A stretch of DNA of 64,000 nt. Source: Clostridia bacterium (lineage in GTDB: Bacteria; Bacillota; Clostridia; TANB77; CAG-508). The stretch is from NCBI GenBank assembly GCA_900770385.1, contig CAAGKK010000044.1, positions 23,149 to 87,148 of the forward strand, read 5' to 3'. The position numbers and the translations under genes are program-made. How positions within the stretch are numbered: the stretch's first letter is position 1; each line of letters starts with the position of its first letter. The notes under the pieces are model-generated. The model saw nothing but the letters and a program-made list of their open reading frames with translations. It ran no database searches and was not told where the DNA came from. Shown here piece by piece: positions 60,871-64,000 of this stretch.

Positions 60871-60900
60871 TACAAAAAAAAGAGGTGAAAATTCTAAAAA

Positions 60901-62019
60901 ATGGGCATGATAATAATAATAGTAATACTTGTTATGATAGTTCTAGCATTACTTGCTTATAATGTTGTCATTCATAAAAAAATAGAAGGTTTCGAAAATA
61001 CTAATCAAAGAATTCAGAGCTTAAATGTATTGCAAGAATTTATGAGTACAATAGGAGAAGAAGAAACAGTAGATAACAAAATAACAAAGATTAATAATAT
61101 CTTAATAGAAAAATACGACATAAAATATTCAACTATAGTAGTTTTTGATGGAGCAGAATATGTAATAAAAGCAACCAATGTAAACGAAAAACACTGGGAT
61201 ACTATGAGAAATCTTCAATCAGAAGAAATATTTCAAGACAGCATTATGTCAGCTACGCCTAAATCTATAACGGTAGATAATGAGCAAGAAAAATTACCAT
61301 ACCAAAAAGTAGAATTTGGAAGAGCAAAATCAGCAATATTCTTCCCTTTGTATATTGATAATATTTATATTGGATATTGGATTATAGAAAGTGGAATACC
61401 ACATGCTTTTGATAAATTAGATACAACTATATTAGAAGTTGTAAAAGAAAATATTATATCTGTTTTAAAATCAGTTGCATATCAATCAACAGTAGAAAGT
61501 TTACCAAGAAAGGATTTATACTCAGAATTAACAACAGGTGAGTATTTATATGGAAAAGGTAAGAGAATTATAGATAAATATCCAACATCTACAATATGTA
61601 TGTTTAGAATTACAAATTTAGAGGAAATAAATAAAACAACTAATAGAGAAACTGGAAATAATGTTATAACAAGTGTAAGTAGATATGTAAGAGAAAGTAT
61701 ATCTTCAGAATATTTATTTGTAAGATATATGGGACCTAAATTTGTAATAGCATTTTCAGGAGTAGATGTTGATGGATCAACAGGATTTTTACAAGACTTA
61801 AAAAATGGAATAGAAAACTTAAAAATAAATGTTGAAGGTTTAGAAGAAACAAAACCAACCAAGAAATCAAAAAAGACAACAATAACAGAAGTTATTCCAA
61901 AAATTAATATAGTAGTAACTACATATTATAAAGGAACAGCATTAGAAAGTGTAACTCAAAAATTAGAAGAATACTTAGATAATGCGCCAAAAGAAGAAAA
62001 TGATATTAATGAAATTTAA
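60901..62019 (+). CDS. Membrane-anchored GAF-like protein with degenerate GGDEF domain
   Basis: N-terminal TM; the C-terminal region aligns to the GGDEF layout (RKDLYSELT..., [37 protein letters not shown]) with GGDEF replaced by MGPKF. Confidence 0.6.
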   Translation: MGMIIIIVILVMIVLALLAYNVVIHKKIEGFENTNQRIQSLNVLQEFMSTIGEEETVDNKITKINNILIEKYDIKYSTIVVFDGAEYVIKATNVNEKHWDTMRNLQSEEIFQDSIMSATPKSITVDNEQEKLPYQKVEFGRAKSAIFFPLYIDNIYIGYWIIESGIPHAFDKLDTTILEVVKENIISVLKSVAYQSTVESLPRKDLYSELTTGEYLYGKGKRIIDKYPTSTICMFRITNLEEINKTTNRETGNNVITSVSRYVRESISSEYLFVRYMGPKFVIAFSGVDVDGSTGFLQDLKNGIENLKINVEGLEETKPTKKSKKTTITEVIPKINIVVTTYYKGTALESVTQKLEEYLDNAPKEENDINEI

Positions 62020-62033
62020 AGGAGGTTTTGAAT

Positions 62034-62288
62034 ATGGATTTTGATAAAACAATGAACTTTACAGTAGAAAGAGATAAAAGCATAAAGGCTAGAGAAATAT
62101 TAAAAAAAGTGTACAATGCTTTACAAGAAAAGGGATATAATCCTATAAACCAAATAGTAGGATATATTTTATCTGGCGATCCTACATATATTACAAGCTA
62201 TAATGATGCAAGAAATTTAATAAGACAAATAGAAAGAGATGAATTACTAGAAAAAATGGTAAGAAATTATATTGGACTAGACGAATAA
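62034..62288 (+). CDS. ireB: IreB-family regulatory phosphoprotein (UPF0297)
   Basis: [45 protein letters not shown]. Confidence 0.88.
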   Translation: MDFDKTMNFTVERDKSIKAREILKKVYNALQEKGYNPINQIVGYILSGDPTYITSYNDARNLIRQIERDELLEKMVRNYIGLDE

Positions 62289-62348
62289 ATGCTTTTTTGA
62301 GTACTTGTATTTAACTAGTTTAAATATAATATGAAAAGGAATTAAATT

Positions 62349-62762
62349 ATGAGAACAATGGGAATTGATTATGGAGATAGCAGAGTAGGAATAGCATTAA
62401 CAGATGCCCTAGGTATAACTGCTCAAGGTTTGGAAACAATACACCATAATGGAAATGATAAAATAGTTCTAAAAAGATTAGAAGAAATAATAAATGAATA
62501 TGAAGTTGATACAATAGTAATAGGAATGCCATACAAATTAAACGGCGATAAAGCAGAAAGAGTAGAAATTACTGAAAAATTTATTCAAAAGTTAAAATGT
62601 AAGTTTAATAAAGTGAAAATAGAAAAAGTAGATGAAAGACTAACTACAGTAGCTGCACATAGAACAATGAATTTTTTAGAAATTAAGAATTCTAAAAAAA
62701 GAAATATAGTCGATACAATATCTGCAGTTTACATATTGGAAAGTTATATGAACAAAAAATAG
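62349..62762 (+). CDS. ruvX: Holliday junction resolvase-like RuvX/YqgF
   Basis: MGIDYGDSRVGIALTD, IVIGMPYKLNG. Confidence 0.9.
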   Translation: MRTMGIDYGDSRVGIALTDALGITAQGLETIHHNGNDKIVLKRLEEIINEYEVDTIVIGMPYKLNGDKAERVEITEKFIQKLKCKFNKVKIEKVDERLTTVAAHRTMNFLEIKNSKKRNIVDTISAVYILESYMNKK

Positions 62763-62817
62763 TTATTAATGTTGTAGAAATACAATTTTTTATAAAAATT
62801 TGAAAGGAGAACTAGAG

Positions 62818-63123
62818 ATGAGTGAAGATATGAACAATGTTCCAGAAAATGAAGAAATGGACAATATCATAGTATTAAATGATGAAGAAGGAAACGAAGT
62901 TGAATTTGAATTCCTTGATTTAATAGAATATGAAGGAGAAGAATATGTAGTATTATTACCAGCAGAAGAAACAGACGATGCTGGAGAGGTAGTTATATTA
63001 CAAGTAGAAGATATTGATACAGATGAAGAATCTTATATAAGTGTAGAAGATGAAGATACATTAAATAAAGTATTTGATATCTTTAAAGATAAATTTAAAG
63101 ACGAATTTAATTTTGTAGACTAA
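62818..63123 (+). CDS. DUF1292 protein
   Basis: IIVLNDEEGNEVEFEFLDLIEYEGEEYVVLLP; AAAGGAG SD before ATG 62818. Confidence 0.85.
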   Translation: MSEDMNNVPENEEMDNIIVLNDEEGNEVEFEFLDLIEYEGEEYVVLLPAEETDDAGEVVILQVEDIDTDEESYISVEDEDTLNKVFDIFKDKFKDEFNFVD

Positions 63124-63135
63124 TAAAAAGAGACA

Positions 63136-63354
63136 TTATGCAATTTTCTGCGTAATGTCTCTTATATATTTTCCTATTTCATTGTCGGACAAACAAAATA
63201 TATTAATTAATTTATTTAAAATATCTCTTCTAGGAAGATCTTCTTCATTATCTATTCTAACATATTGTCTAAGGCTAATATTCAATTTTTCTGCCATTTG
63301 TTCTTGGGTAAACCCAAGATTTTTTCTTTTTTCCTTAATCAAAATTATCACCAT
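63136..63354 (-). CDS. XRE-family HTH transcriptional regulator (72 aa)
   Basis: IKEKRKNLGFTQEQMAEKLNISLRQYVRIDN; divergent from the pilin-like gene. Confidence 0.8.
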   Translation of the reverse strand: MVIILIKEKRKNLGFTQEQMAEKLNISLRQYVRIDNEEDLPRRDILNKLINIFCLSDNEIGKYIRDITQKIA

Positions 63355-63386
63355 AAAAATTATTACATAAAAAAACAGAATAGTAT

Positions 63387-63415
63387 ATTGACATTAAAAG
63401 TCATGTAATATAAAA
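63387..63415 (+). promoter_or_regulatory. Sigma-A type promoter of the second pilin-like gene
   Basis: TTGACA, 17-nt spacer, TAAAAT. Confidence 0.6.
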
Positions 63416-63472
63416 TAAATTGTGAATTTATGATACTAAACTGGAAATACTTATAAAACAAAGGAGGAAAAA

Positions 63473-64000
63473 ATGAAAGAAACAAAAGCATTAAAAAAAG
63501 AAAAGGGTATAACTTTATTAGCATTAATTATAACAATTATAGTTTTGCTTATATTAGCAATGGTCTCAATAAAATTAGTAAAAGATGGAGCTATTATACA
63601 ACATGCTAAAAATGCTACAAGCATATATTCAGATGAACAAATAATAGAAAAGGTAAAACTTGCATATTCGGCAACGAAGATGGATTCAATTTCTGCAAAG
63701 TATAGTTTTTGGAGCGGTGAATTTGAAAATAAATTAAGAGAAAATATTCAAAAATCATTTCCAGATAGTAAAGTTGAAGTGAAACAAGATAAAGATGATG
63801 ATGAAAATAGAATATATTCAGTGATTATAGATGATTTAGAATTAATAATTACAGAAGATGGAAATGTGTCTAAAAATATTACAATTGAATCTCTTTTAGC
63901 AAAATACAATGGAAGATGGATATTTGCAGAAGGAGATGAAAGAGTAGTTGTTTATTATGGAAAAGGACCAAGTATATTAAACCTTCAAGAAGAAATACAA
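63473..64000 (+). CDS. Pilin-like N-terminus surface protein, paralog of 52018 (3' end outside window)
   Basis: AAAGGAGGA SD; MKETKALKKEKGITLLALIITIIVLLILAMVSIKLV...; I translated it by hand and the frame stays open to nt 64000; not in the ORF track because no stop falls inside the window. Confidence 0.8.
   Translation, partial: MKETKALKKEKGITLLALIITIIVLLILAMVSIKLVKDGAIIQHAKNATSIYSDEQIIEKVKLAYSATKMDSISAKYSFWSGEFENKLRENIQKSFPDSKVEVKQDKDDDENRIYSVIIDDLELIITEDGNVSKNITIESLLAKYNGRWIFAEGDERVVVYYGKGPSILNLQEEIQ

Overview
Very AT-rich, low-GC Firmicutes (Clostridia-like) chromosome; spore-former genes are present (sleB-like, yaaH-like GH18). I cannot assign a species. Most of the window is co-directional core housekeeping. 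In order: mreB (5' partial), mtaB, gap-pgk-tpiA-gpmI, an accessory block, eno, T-box-aspS, greA, a SecDF-like pair, mutS2 (-), folD, dprA. Then rimP-nusA-ylxR-ylxQ-infB-rbfA-nrnA, an NfeD/SPFH pair (-), GH18, asp23-amaP-DUF2273-nusB-xseA-xseB, fhs, a sleB-like gene, yqeG, a prepilin peptidase, pepP, a GH73 autolysin, TetR plus a MacB-type ABC pair, and ireB-ruvX-DUF1292. I found no transposase, integrase, CRISPR array, rRNA or recognisable phage genes. The most interesting findings are these. (1) A 31-nt (AC)n microsatellite lies inside the 5' coding region of a pilin-like/LRR surface-protein gene; neighbouring repeat lengths run straight into stop codons, so it is a candidate phase-variation switch. 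The same gene is frameshifted at its 3' end, and a paralog starts at the window edge. (2) A three-gene cluster at 58081-62019 encodes a small membrane protein, a receiver-like plus atypical ParA/MinD (TadZ-like) protein, and a TM-GAF-like protein with a degenerate GGDEF domain. The central linker of the ParA-like protein carries two AT-hooks and six LPGF(D/E) motifs. I cannot match this cluster to a described system. (3) Two dispersed small repeat families: a GC-rich hairpin element with a conserved ATGAATAATAT head placed just after stop codons (one copy is embedded in frame in the phase-variable gene), and a 35-bp perfect palindrome abutting terminators. (4) A protein made of four tandem helix-turn-helix modules. 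(5) A ~9.7 kb accessory block splits the glycolytic gene series between gpmI and eno. It holds an orphan YezG-like immunity gene, a NifU-like/GGGtGRT pair, ldh, GC-richer orphan genes, tRNA-Gln, the 4xHTH protein and a GT2-GT4 fusion. (6) An orphan promoter-to-terminator unit of ~197 nt is a candidate sRNA. All protein calls rest on motif recognition by eye; no database searches or computed statistics were available.
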